In this document: positions 1 through 7,126 of the stretch, in pieces | How positions within the stretch are numbered: position 1 is the first letter of the stretch | Layout: each line of letters starts with the position of its first letter | From: a virus | UHGV virus genome: UHGV-1567883 | Strand: one strand, 5' to 3' | Length of the DNA: 16,300 nt | The notes under the pieces: model-generated | What the model was told of the DNA's origin: nothing | The model's database searches: none | The model's input: the letters and a program-made list of their open reading frames with translations, nothing else | Made by a program: the position numbers and the translations under genes

Positions 1-70
1 ACACCCGTTGTTAACTTATCCATGGATTTCATAACCCCACCTCGCAGATGCGGGTGCTGTGTAATGGAAA

Positions 71-93
71 TAAAAAGGCCACCTGACGTGGCC
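71..93 (-). terminator. Intrinsic terminator downstream of the DPPY methyltransferase gene
   Basis: Hairpin GGCCAC-ctgac-GTGGCC (77-93) followed on the minus strand by a U-run (plus-strand A-run 71-76), directly after the stop codon at 100-102. Confidence 0.6.
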
Positions 94-99
94 ACCAGA

Positions 100-1152
100 T
101 TATTTCCCCACCAGCTCGTTTATCTCTTTCACTGTCTGGTTAAACCGCTCTGACTCAAGCTCAACACCTAAGGCCCGACGCCCCAGCGCCATTGCTGCTT
201 TTATTGTGGAACCGGATCCCATAAAAAAATCAGCAACCAGATCACCAGGTCGACTACTGGCATTGATTATTTGCCTGAGCATATCCGCCGGTTTCTCACA
301 CGGATGTTTACCCGGGTAGAACTGAACGGGTTTATGCATCCAGACATCGGTATAAGGCACGGAGACTGATACGGAGAAATAGCGCCGGAGAGATTTAAAC
401 TCATCCAGCAATTCAGAATATTTGCGATTCAGTGAATCATAAGATGCCACCAGCTGGTGGTGTGGTTGTTCCAGTTGTTGTTCCTGAAACTTCTCTGCCG
501 CTATACGGGAAAACAGTGCCTGTAACTTCCGATAGTCAGCCTCATTCGGCAACTGCCACTGACTGGCACCAAACCAGTGGGAAACCATATTTTTCTTACC
601 TGTGGCTTCGGCAATTTGTTTTGCCGTTATACCCAGTTCGGCACGAGCATCCCTGAAATACGATATCAGCGGTGCCATTATGTGCTGTTTGAGTTCCCTT
701 TCTTTTGCCGCATAGCCGTCACTTTTGCCGCGATATGGCCCCTGGTAATGTTCAGCAAACAGAACGCGCTCTGTGGCAGGAAAATATGCGCGCAGACTTT
801 CTTTATTACACCCATTCCAACGTCCGGACGGCTTCGCCCAGATGATATGGTTAAGCACGTTGAAACGTTCACGCATCATGATCTCAATATCAGATGCCAG
901 GCGATGCCCACAGAACAGGTAAAGGCTTCCGGCAGGTTTTAACACCCGCCAGAACTGGGCCAGACAGTGGTCCAGCCACTTAAGGTAATCTTCGTCCCCT
1001 TTCCACTGATTGTCCCAACCGTTGGGTTTCACCTTGAAGTACGGCGGATCGGTAACAATCAGGTCAATGGAATCATCAGGCAGGGACTGAATAAAATGCA
1101 GGCAATCAGCGTTGATTAAATCAACACTGTTTATTTTTACAGTATTTTTCAT
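100..1152 (-). CDS. DNA methyltransferase, beta-class N6-adenine/N4-cytosine type (DPPY motif)
   Basis: 350 aa. SIDLIVTDPPY catalytic motif near the N-terminus and a C-terminal FMGSGST SAM-binding motif, the motif order of PF01555-type MTases (compare E. coli YhdJ). Central insertion of about 100 aa. Confidence 0.8.
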   Translation of the reverse strand: MKNTVKINSVDLINADCLHFIQSLPDDSIDLIVTDPPYFKVKPNGWDNQWKGDEDYLKWLDHCLAQFWRVLKPAGSLYLFCGHRLASDIEIMMRERFNVLNHIIWAKPSGRWNGCNKESLRAYFPATERVLFAEHYQGPYRGKSDGYAAKERELKQHIMAPLISYFRDARAELGITAKQIAEATGKKNMVSHWFGASQWQLPNEADYRKLQALFSRIAAEKFQEQQLEQPHHQLVASYDSLNRKYSELLDEFKSLRRYFSVSVSVPYTDVWMHKPVQFYPGKHPCEKPADMLRQIINASSRPGDLVADFFMGSGSTIKAAMALGRRALGVELESERFNQTVKEINELVGK

Positions 1153-1302
1153 GGATCAGTAAGCGTAACTCTGGTAGGCTCACTCTGCTTTTGCGCTAAA
1201 GCAGTGGGCCGTGGTTCGCTTGTGACCAGTAAGCATGAGCGAATGGCTGGCAGGTGCTACCAACACCCACCAGCCGCCCATTTTCACAGCAGGAAACCGC
1301 CA

Positions 1303-1521
1303 TTACTGGCAGCGTCTGAATTTATTCCCGTTATCCTTCGCCAGACCCGCCAGAACTAACTGAGTCAGTATTAACTGGCACCGGGCTTCGCTTACTCCGG
1401 TAGTTCTCGTCATCATGCGTGGCGTTACCCACTTGTCAGCAGGTAAGAAATGAAGGACTGCGGCGGCGGTTTCTGTCATATCTTGCTGTTTTAGCATGTC
1501 TTTTTCCCTTCTGGTTAACAT
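1303..1521 (-). CDS. Small hypothetical phage protein, possibly winged-helix; real start may be the internal ATG at 1497
   Basis: 72 aa ORF; the internal Met9 is preceded by AAGGGA at SD distance. First gene after the candidate late promoter/terminator. No recognisable catalytic motif. Confidence 0.4.
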   Translation of the reverse strand: MLTRREKDMLKQQDMTETAAAVLHFLPADKWVTPRMMTRTTGVSEARCQLILTQLVLAGLAKDNGNKFRRCQ

Positions 1522-1619
1522 GACATACCAATAACTCTTGTCTAAAAAGCCAGCAAGATAAAAGGTCAGTATTCACGACCACCAGCGTGTTTACTGTACT
1601 GCACCAAGTTTACAGGTAC

Positions 1620-1640
1620 AAAAAAACCGCTCAGCGGCGG
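1620..1640 (-). terminator. Candidate minus-strand intrinsic terminator (possible tR'-like)
   Basis: Minus strand reads CCGC-tga-GCGG followed by seven U (plus-strand A-run 1620-1626). The stem is short, so this is marginal. Confidence 0.3.
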
Positions 1641-1674
1641 GTTTAAGTTGTGTGGCGAAGTAACCACTCTTAAC

Positions 1675-1702
1675 AGCATATTTGATTTTTTACGATTGTA
1701 AA
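1675..1702 (-). promoter_or_regulatory. Candidate sigma70 promoter on the minus strand (possible late PR'-like)
   Basis: Minus strand TTTACA (1702..1697), 16-nt spacer, TATGCT (1680..1675); would start a roughly 50-nt transcript ending at the 1620-1640 hairpin. Confidence 0.25.
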
Positions 1703-1767
1703 CGGTTGATTATTCATCTCCAATAAAAATAATTGTGTAGGTATGCCCTTAACAATGGATAAGAAAC

Positions 1768-2214
1768 ATGAATAAAATGACTGTACTATTACTTAGCGCA
1801 ACTATCATTTCAGGTTGTACTTCTTCCGTACCATTGATAAAAAAAACTCAATCAGGAAAACCTGAGGGGGTTTATCAAAATACGACAAAAGATAAAGTCA
1901 AAGATGCCCTTGTGAATTACTGCAATAGTAGAGGGTTGATAATTTACAACGCTGATAACAGCAGTGTTATATGTGGTAAAGAACTGGAAGGCGGGTCTGC
2001 TGTTTTTGGACAAATGTTAATCGGCAATGCCTATTCAACAACCCCGGTATCAAAAGTCAGATTTACTATCGCTCAAGTTAATAACGATACAAAAGTGTGG
2101 GCCGATATGTGGATGGAAACTCAAATGGCAATGGGGCAAGTACAACAAATGGCTATAACAGACAACGCAAGCAAAAACACTATCCAACAACGTCTTGATG
2201 AATTAAAACCTTAA
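1768..2214 (+). CDS. Lipoprotein (signal peptide plus lipobox), AT-rich moron
   Basis: 148 aa; N-terminal MNKMTVLLLSATIISGC with lipobox ISGC; the gene is visibly AT-rich relative to its neighbours and convergent with Q. Confidence 0.7.
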   Translation: MNKMTVLLLSATIISGCTSSVPLIKKTQSGKPEGVYQNTTKDKVKDALVNYCNSRGLIIYNADNSSVICGKELEGGSAVFGQMLIGNAYSTTPVSKVRFTIAQVNNDTKVWADMWMETQMAMGQVQQMAITDNASKNTIQQRLDELKP

Positions 2215-2234
2215 GTAAATTAATTAAATAAAAT

Positions 2235-2256
2235 GGGGAGAATAAATCGACTCCCC
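2235..2256. terminator. Hairpin terminator between the convergent Q and lipoprotein genes
   Basis: GGGGAG-aataaatcga-CTCCCC with an A/T-rich tract on the 2221-2234 side (U-run for the minus-strand transcript). Confidence 0.5.
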
Positions 2257-2298
2257 ACACATTAAACTGATTCAATTACCCCCTCAATAAGAGGTCTT

Positions 2299-2664
2299 CT
2301 AACGATCCATCTCTAGCTCAATTTCTAACATCATTAACATGCCATCAACTACACCTTCAGCCTTTTGCAATAAACGCCCAACCCAGCAATCAGAACGCCC
2401 ATGTTTACGGGCAAGCGCCATAAACGTCATACCACCTACATAATAATCCACTAATAAATCGTGCAAATCGCTGTTGTTCTTTTTCAGGCGAGCCATGCAC
2501 CCACAAATGATCATCGCATCATCGTCACAACATTGCGGGCGGGATTTTACTTTTGAAGGGATTAGTCCTTTAAATCCTGCAGCAATAGACGACCAGGTGA
2601 CATCCTCGTGATTATTTGCCACCCATGCCCCCCAACGTTCAAGAACCATTTGAATATCACGCAT
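2299..2664 (-). CDS. Antitermination protein Q (phage 82 / QuuD-like family)
   Basis: Protein [14 protein letters not shown]...[19 protein letters not shown] matches my recollection of E. coli DLP12 QuuD. The ORF track starts at a TTG at 2679; the ATG at 2664 has GGAGAA 5-6 nt upstream. Confidence 0.75.
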   Translation of the reverse strand: MRDIQMVLERWGAWVANNHEDVTWSSIAAGFKGLIPSKVKSRPQCCDDDAMIICGCMARLKKNNSDLHDLLVDYYVGGMTFMALARKHGRSDCWVGRLLQKAEGVVDGMLMMLEIELEMDR

Positions 2665-2681
2665 CAACGTTCTCCACAAAA

Positions 2682-3677
2682 TCAGGCCAGCACGCCAATT
2701 GCCAGCGCACGATCGATAAAACGAAATATCAGCTCCAGCTGGGAGCCATACTTCTCTTCAAATGCCACGGTATCCGCATGCAGCTCGTCGTGATGCTTTC
2801 TGCACAAAGGCAACACAAAGAGGTCATGCGCTTTTGTACCCATTCCCCCCTGACCGTGGCCTATCAGGTGGTGGGGATCATCAGCAGGCTTTCCACAACA
2901 TGCACACGGCTGTGTCTTAACCCAGCGTGTGTACTTTTCATTAACCCAGCGGCGACGTTTTGGGCGTAACATAAAAGACTCCGGCGACTCCGGATCCACT
3001 TTCAGCGCCAGCACCTTTTTCGCCTTATCCTGGATGATGCTGGTGGCAGGAACCGAAGGCACAAGGTCACTTTCCCGGGTGACAGACGGCACAACAGGCT
3101 TCGGTAATCTCAGTGCCTTACGGGCTGCACTTTCCGGTAAGGCATCCGCCAAGTCATTACGAATCAGCCACCAGCACAGTTCCGGCATTGTCACAACGTG
3201 ACTGTCATCAAAACCGAGATCCCGACGCACAACAGACAACACCCAGCGGGCACAGTTATCCGTTGCCATTGATTCCAGCCGTTCCGTGAACTGATCGCGC
3301 AGCTGGTTATCGCAGTGCCAGCACAGACGGATTGCGCCCGGCGCGTGTCGCATTGTTGTCATGTTCTCGCTGTGCCAGTCGGAATGAGGCCACTGGCAGC
3401 CTTTTTCACGAAGTAACCAGCTTTCAAGACATTCCACGCCACCAGCACGACGGATCACTTCCTCATTGCGGAACACGGCCCGAACGGCAGGATCATCCGC
3501 CAGCGGTTGTGATGCCGCCGGAACGGCACCACTGGCGAAAGATGAATAACGTTCCGGCTCAGGCTCCAGCAGGACACGCCCCTGCATAAACAGGGGCATC
3601 AGCTCTGAACCTGGCCTGAACAATACGATCCCCATACGCGGGGCAATTTCAGGGGTCAGTAGTGCTCTCACGGTCAC
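2682..3677 (-). CDS. DUF968-type phage protein with C-terminal HNH-like Cys/His motif
   Basis: 331 aa; C-terminal [28 protein letters not shown]...[11 protein letters not shown] (CxxC ... HH ... C..HH). Position equivalent to nin-region nuclease genes. Confidence 0.65.
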   Translation of the reverse strand: MTVRALLTPEIAPRMGIVLFRPGSELMPLFMQGRVLLEPEPERYSSFASGAVPAASQPLADDPAVRAVFRNEEVIRRAGGVECLESWLLREKGCQWPHSDWHSENMTTMRHAPGAIRLCWHCDNQLRDQFTERLESMATDNCARWVLSVVRRDLGFDDSHVVTMPELCWWLIRNDLADALPESAARKALRLPKPVVPSVTRESDLVPSVPATSIIQDKAKKVLALKVDPESPESFMLRPKRRRWVNEKYTRWVKTQPCACCGKPADDPHHLIGHGQGGMGTKAHDLFVLPLCRKHHDELHADTVAFEEKYGSQLELIFRFIDRALAIGVLA

Positions 3678-3678
3678 C

Positions 3679-4488
3679 TCAATGAACGGTATCGAGCAGC
3701 TTTAACAGCTCAGGGAATCGGGATTCGAAGAAATGCGGCTGCGTCTCGCGCGGATTTGCGGGACTGGTGATGTTCTTGCCGAACATGCAACCTTTCGCTG
3801 TCAGCGACCAGAATTTTTTGATGTTGTTAATCGCGGTACGGCTGTATCGTTCGCGTTGTTCAACGATCCCCAGCTTCGCCATCTGGTGATATGCCTGATT
3901 AGCCGTAAGGCGGATACCATACTGTTTCAGCAGTGCACTCAGCGACAGCGTAGGACGACTTGAGCCATCAGGCGCGTCAGCAGGAGCATCAATGGCATAG
4001 CGCGGTGCCAGATTCGGTAAGCCAACAGCCTCCTGGAGTTTCTGACAGGCACCAAGCACTGAAGAGTTAGACAGGTTTAATTCCCGGCGCATAAAGTCCA
4101 GCAGAATCACACCAGCCTGCATCTTGTCAGCAGCCTGTCCGGATAATTTTTCCGGTGCGCTGGTTACCATGTCGAAAGTACGGATCACCTTCAGATGGAA
4201 TGACGGGCTGATCCACATTGCATAGGCATACACCAGTTCCTTGCAGACATACGTTCCCCGTTCATTTCCCCCATGAATCACACTCACCGGGTCAACACCC
4301 AAATTCTGGGTGTTGGTCAATTCATGAACAAGCTCAACAGTTTGTTGGCTGGAAAGAAACTTTCCTGGCTCCTTGGTTCTGGCATTTGCACCAGATGCTA
4401 CTGCTGCGCGATGCAGATCGTTCAGGCTGTAACGCCCATAAGCATCACGACGAACTTCAATACCATCAATGACCATCAGATTATTCAT
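3679..4488 (-). CDS. KilA-N domain protein (antirepressor-like N-terminal DNA-binding domain)
   Basis: 269 aa; N-terminal IDGIEVRRDAYGRYSLNDLHRAA ... KELVYAYAMWISPSFHLKVIR is characteristic of KilA-N. The C-terminal half is unassigned. Confidence 0.7.
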   Translation of the reverse strand: MNNLMVIDGIEVRRDAYGRYSLNDLHRAAVASGANARTKEPGKFLSSQQTVELVHELTNTQNLGVDPVSVIHGGNERGTYVCKELVYAYAMWISPSFHLKVIRTFDMVTSAPEKLSGQAADKMQAGVILLDFMRRELNLSNSSVLGACQKLQEAVGLPNLAPRYAIDAPADAPDGSSRPTLSLSALLKQYGIRLTANQAYHQMAKLGIVEQRERYSRTAINNIKKFWSLTAKGCMFGKNITSPANPRETQPHFFESRFPELLKLLDTVH

Positions 4489-4507
4489 ACTTCGTTTCTC
4501 CTCTTAA

Positions 4508-4897
4508 TCAGGCGGCTGCACCCGCCGGTTTCTCATACTTACTGATAGTGATCTCGACCTTCCCTTTCGGGATAACCGGTCCCCACTCCACCAGCATTCT
4601 TTTCACCTGTCTGTCGTCTTCCCACACACCCGCGTGGGTCAGGGCGTCAAACAGCGCCTTGTTATAGTTGTCCAGATCGCGGATCCGGTTATCCGGAGGA
4701 AACAACACGATCTCCACTGAAGCAGGTGCCGACGTTGGTTTCGGCAGACGACGTAACTGCTCAACTATTGCTGCGCACGCCGCGCTCTGAAATTTTCGCC
4801 CCGCCTCGCTTATCAGGCTCTTACCAGCAAATGCCCCTTTGTTGGGGTGTCGCCAGTACGTGTTCACACTGGGCGGGAAAGGCAGGATCAACTTCAT
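4508..4897 (-). CDS. rusA: Holliday-junction resolvase RusA
   Basis: 129 aa; LPFPPSVNTYWRH ... RDLDNYNKALFDALT ... DD.QV matches RusA signature residues. Start overlaps the upstream stop (ATGA). Confidence 0.85.
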   Translation of the reverse strand: MKLILPFPPSVNTYWRHPNKGAFAGKSLISEAGRKFQSAACAAIVEQLRRLPKPTSAPASVEIVLFPPDNRIRDLDNYNKALFDALTHAGVWEDDRQVKRMLVEWGPVIPKGKVEITISKYEKPAGAAA

Positions 4898-5220
4898 ACT
4901 TTCAGGCCCCTCTCATGTAACCAGTGGGCTGCACGCAGCCTGGCGTTCTCCTCACCGGCAAGCAGTGCGCGGATGATACCGACCGCTTCGCTGTCGTCGT
5001 CCTTCACTGCGGTATGAAGCGTTATCCCCCGGGCCACGCCACGCTTTATCGTGATGACGCCTTTTTTCTCCAGTGCGCGAAGATGCTCCACCGCTGCATT
5101 CACCGAACGGTATCCCAGCATGGTTGCCACCTCCTGATTGGTTGGCGGAAAGCCACGCTCTTGCTGGTAAGAAATCAGCATATCCAGCACCTGCTGCTGG
5201 CATTGAGTTAACGTCGTCAT
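4894..5220 (-). CDS. LexA N-terminal DNA-binding-domain homologue lacking the S24 peptidase domain
   Basis: 108 aa; LTQCQQQVLDMLISYQQERGFPPTNQEVATMLGYRSVNAAVEHLRALEKKGVITIKRGVARGITL aligns motif-for-motif with the LexA winged-helix domain. No Ser/Lys catalytic domain. Translationally coupled (ATGA) to dam upstream and rusA downstream. Confidence 0.7.
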   Translation of the reverse strand: MTTLTQCQQQVLDMLISYQQERGFPPTNQEVATMLGYRSVNAAVEHLRALEKKGVITIKRGVARGITLHTAVKDDDSEAVGIIRALLAGEENARLRAAHWLHERGLKV

Positions 5221-5870
5221 GCCGCCATCTCCCTGACAAGTTTTTCTGCCTGCTGGCGAACCTGCGCCAGAAACGCCTCACCACATGCCTCAAGTTCATC
5301 GCGCCCGATGTAGCTGATTGCCGGTCCCTTCCAGGTCTTGTCGAAAACAGCAATAGCACCAGCGAAGAAAGCGCCTGTCGGCACCTGCTTCTCATCCTTC
5401 GGGATAAACCAGGCAGGCAGTTCAAAACCAATACGCCCGCGAATAAAAGCAATATGGTCCGCATCTTCCGGCCACCACACTTCGCTGGTGGCAGCTTTGA
5501 TCAGGAAAACATAGCGCCCGCCCTTATCACGCATGGCACTGGCATGTTTCATGATGTAACGCATGCCGGTGATGTATTGCCCCTCATGCTGACTGGCGCG
5601 GCTGTATGGGGGATTACCAAAGGCAGCACCTTTAAGCTCCGCAAGACGTTCTGACCAGTCATGCGCCAGCGCGTTGTCTTCCGCCGTGTAATACGCGGCA
5701 CATTTGGCGTTATCACCGTCAGTGAACAGATCCAGAACAAACGGACCAAACAAGGTGTTAATTCCCCAGAAAATGTTGTCCGGCGTGCGCCACTGATCGC
5801 CCACTTCCTTCAGTTCATGGGCTGGTTTGTTCCGCAGTTCTACCAGCGCCTGGCAATATTTATTACTCAT
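5217..5870 (-). CDS. Phage-type DNA N6-adenine methyltransferase (small Dam-like family)
   Basis: 217 aa; FGNPPY catalytic motif; size and layout of the phage N-6-adenine methyltransferase family (compare CPS-53 yfdM). Confidence 0.8.
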   Translation of the reverse strand: MSNKYCQALVELRNKPAHELKEVGDQWRTPDNIFWGINTLFGPFVLDLFTDGDNAKCAAYYTAEDNALAHDWSERLAELKGAAFGNPPYSRASQHEGQYITGMRYIMKHASAMRDKGGRYVFLIKAATSEVWWPEDADHIAFIRGRIGFELPAWFIPKDEKQVPTGAFFAGAIAVFDKTWKGPAISYIGRDELEACGEAFLAQVRQQAEKLVREMAA

Positions 5871-5962
5871 TAAGCCCCCACGTAAAAAGCATCCGCAATG
5901 TCTCCGGAAGTACAGCCCGGATGGGCTTCAATGAATTTCTGAACGTCATTTAACAGACTCAT
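5870..5962 (-). CDS. Unannotated 30-codon ORF translationally coupled between the replication gene and dam
   Basis: ATG at 5962..5960 lies 2 nt after the O-like stop with GGGGG upstream; its TAA overlaps the dam ATG by 1 nt. Peptide MSLLNDVQKFIEAHPGCTSGDIADAFYVGA. Confidence 0.3.
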   Translation of the reverse strand: MSLLNDVQKFIEAHPGCTSGDIADAFYVGA

Positions 5963-5964
5963 GA

Positions 5965-6957
5965 TCACCCCCTGAATCCTGCCGGGATCTGGCTGTAGTC
6001 CACGTTGTCGTAACTGGCTTTGAAGTACGGGTCTTCACGTTTTTCTGTGTGCGTGCTGACGGACGGCGATAAGCGCAGGGAAAGCTCATCCCATTTTTCC
6101 CGCAACTTCGACGGGCTGAGCACGTTACGGCACCAGAACGGATCGCGGCTGACGCGGCTGTACATCTCGCAGATTTGTTTGTGAGTACGACCATCCTGCA
6201 CACACATCAGGCGAATTTCGTTTGCCCATGCTGTCCAGTTCGGTTCTTTGGGACGAACCACCTCGCCGTCACATTCGGCGGCCTGCTCGTACAGGGCGAT
6301 GATTTTTTTCCAGAGCCACTGTGCGCAGGTCAAATCATCCTGCGTTCCCCACTGGCGCTTTTTAGGGCTGAATACAACCGCATCAGGATGGCGAGTTAAA
6401 AACTCCTGTTCAGCCGTTTGCGTGTCCGGTTGCGAAGCGTCCGGACGAGAAGAGGTTTTATTCTCTGTAGTAATCTCTGTTGTATTCTCTGTAAGATCAT
6501 TGGGCCATTTTGACCCGATGACAGCGTGTCGTTTTGAACCAATGGATCGTGTCATTTTGCGCCCATCCATCAGGTCACTTTGACCCGATGGAGAAGTGCA
6601 TTTTGACCTGATGGATTCGTTCACTTTGACCTCTTCTAAAAGCTCACTTTCATAGTTGATCGTGTAGAAGTTGGTCATGTCACGCTTCGATTTATTGAGT
6701 TGCTCGCGACGCAAAACCCCAAGTGATTTCAGGCTTGCAAATGTGCGTTTCAGAGTGGACTCTGACCAGAACGGAAACTGCTCCAGCCACTGTTCTGTCG
6801 TGTTATAAACCCAGCGAATTCCGCCATGCTCAGTGCCTGAATTCGTTTCATTCAGCCAGTAATGAAGCTGCTGCAACACAATTGCCTCATTCAGACCAAT
6901 ACGGCATGCAAGATCACGATTTATCACAATGGGCTGGGATGTCATTAACAGGCTCAT
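5965..6957 (-). CDS. Replication initiator (lambda O-like role) with DnaT-like C-terminal domain; origin iterons inside the coding sequence
   Basis: 330 aa; N-terminal wHTH-like region; internal iterons encode repeated IGSK; the C-terminus ...YSQIPAGFRG resembles the E. coli DnaT C-terminus (...SQIPPGFRG, from recollection). SD GAGG 7 nt upstream of the ATG. Confidence 0.65.
   Translation of the reverse strand: MSLLMTSQPIVINRDLACRIGLNEAIVLQQLHYWLNETNSGTEHGGIRWVYNTTEQWLEQFPFWSESTLKRTFASLKSLGVLRREQLNKSKRDMTNFYTINYESELLEEVKVNESIRSKCTSPSGQSDLMDGRKMTRSIGSKRHAVIGSKWPNDLTENTTEITTENKTSSRPDASQPDTQTAEQEFLTRHPDAVVFSPKKRQWGTQDDLTCAQWLWKKIIALYEQAAECDGEVVRPKEPNWTAWANEIRLMCVQDGRTHKQICEMYSRVSRDPFWCRNVLSPSKLREKWDELSLRLSPSVSTHTEKREDPYFKASYDNVDYSQIPAGFRG
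6457..6494. repeat. Three tandem 12-bp AT-rich repeats (TTCTCTGTA-type) beside the iterons; candidate DNA unwinding element
   Basis: TTCTCTGTA at 6461, ATCTCTGTT at 6473, TTCTCTGTA at 6485 (12-bp period), inside the O-like gene. Confidence 0.55.
6506..6660. repeat. Iteron array (candidate phage origin of replication): 6-7 direct repeats, 23-24 bp period
   Basis: CATTTTGACCCGATGA 6506, CGTTTTGAACCAATGGA 6530, CATTTTGCGCCCATCCA 6553, CACTTTGACCCGATGGA 6576, CATTTTGACCTGATGGA 6599, CACTTTGACCTC 6622, degenerate CACTTTCAT 6645. Confidence 0.7.
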
Positions 6958-7126
6958 GACCGACCTCTATTTCCCTGAATTTACGACGAAACTGTTCGAG
7001 CGGACTGAAGCATTCATGTTCATAGCCTTCACGGAGGTAGATAACCCGTTGTGTTTCCGGCTCCCAACGAATGACTCTGACGGGCACTCCGTAGTGATCT
7101 TTGAACCAGCGGTTAACTTGTCGCAA
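6914..7126 (-). CDS. Small phage protein, DUF4222-like; TTG start with strong SD
   Basis: 70 aa; AAGGAG 8 nt upstream of the TTG; ...[30 protein letters not shown]... resembles DUF4222 proteins (recollection). Overlaps the O start by 44 nt and the 6967..7305 ORF in another frame. Confidence 0.45.
   Translation of the reverse strand: MRQVNRWFKDHYGVPVRVIRWEPETQRVIYLREGYEHECFSPLEQFRRKFREIEVGHEPVNDIPAHCDKS

Noticed and set aside
1-99. Lysis or structural genes expected downstream of Q
   Set aside because: Not present in the window; the late side is truncated at the window edge, so nothing can be said about them.
432-942. Plus-strand ORFs 432..656, 577..942 and minus-strand ORF 678..872 inside the DPPY MTase gene
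   Set aside because: All are nested in or antisense to a 350-aa ORF with clear MTase motifs, with no SD or start context; treated as chance frames.
1591-1620. LexA (SOS) box near TACTGTACTGCACCAAGTTTACAGGTACA
   Set aside because: CTGT and ACAG are separated by 14 nt rather than the canonical 8, so it does not fit CTGT-N8-ACAG; it may just be part of a hairpin.
2608-3589. ORFs 2608..2793, 2616..2969, 2929..3201 and 3332..3589 on the plus strand
   Set aside because: Antisense to the Q and DUF968 genes; low-complexity, Arg/Ser/Thr-rich translations typical of antisense frames of GC-rich coding DNA.
3733-4545. ORFs 3733..3963, 4218..4472 and 4273..4545
   Set aside because: Antisense to the KilA-N gene; no coupling or SD.
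4726-5873. ORFs 4726..4920, 4924..5211, 4952..5464 (170 aa, Arg-rich), 5073..5654, 5549..5749 and 5661..5873
   Set aside because: They overlap the translationally coupled dam / LexA-like / rusA block in alternative frames or antisense; the 170-aa frame is extremely Arg/Ser-rich, a signature of out-of-frame GC-rich sequence.
6506-6660. Possibility that the 23-bp direct repeats are a CRISPR array
   Set aside because: The repeats are contiguous with no unique spacers, are degenerate, lie inside a coding sequence and have the period and context of replication iterons.
5946-6959. ORFs 5946..6203, 6175..6399, 6248..6583 and 6723..6959
   Set aside because: Nested in or antisense to the replication initiator gene, which is supported by the iterons and the DnaT-like C-terminus.
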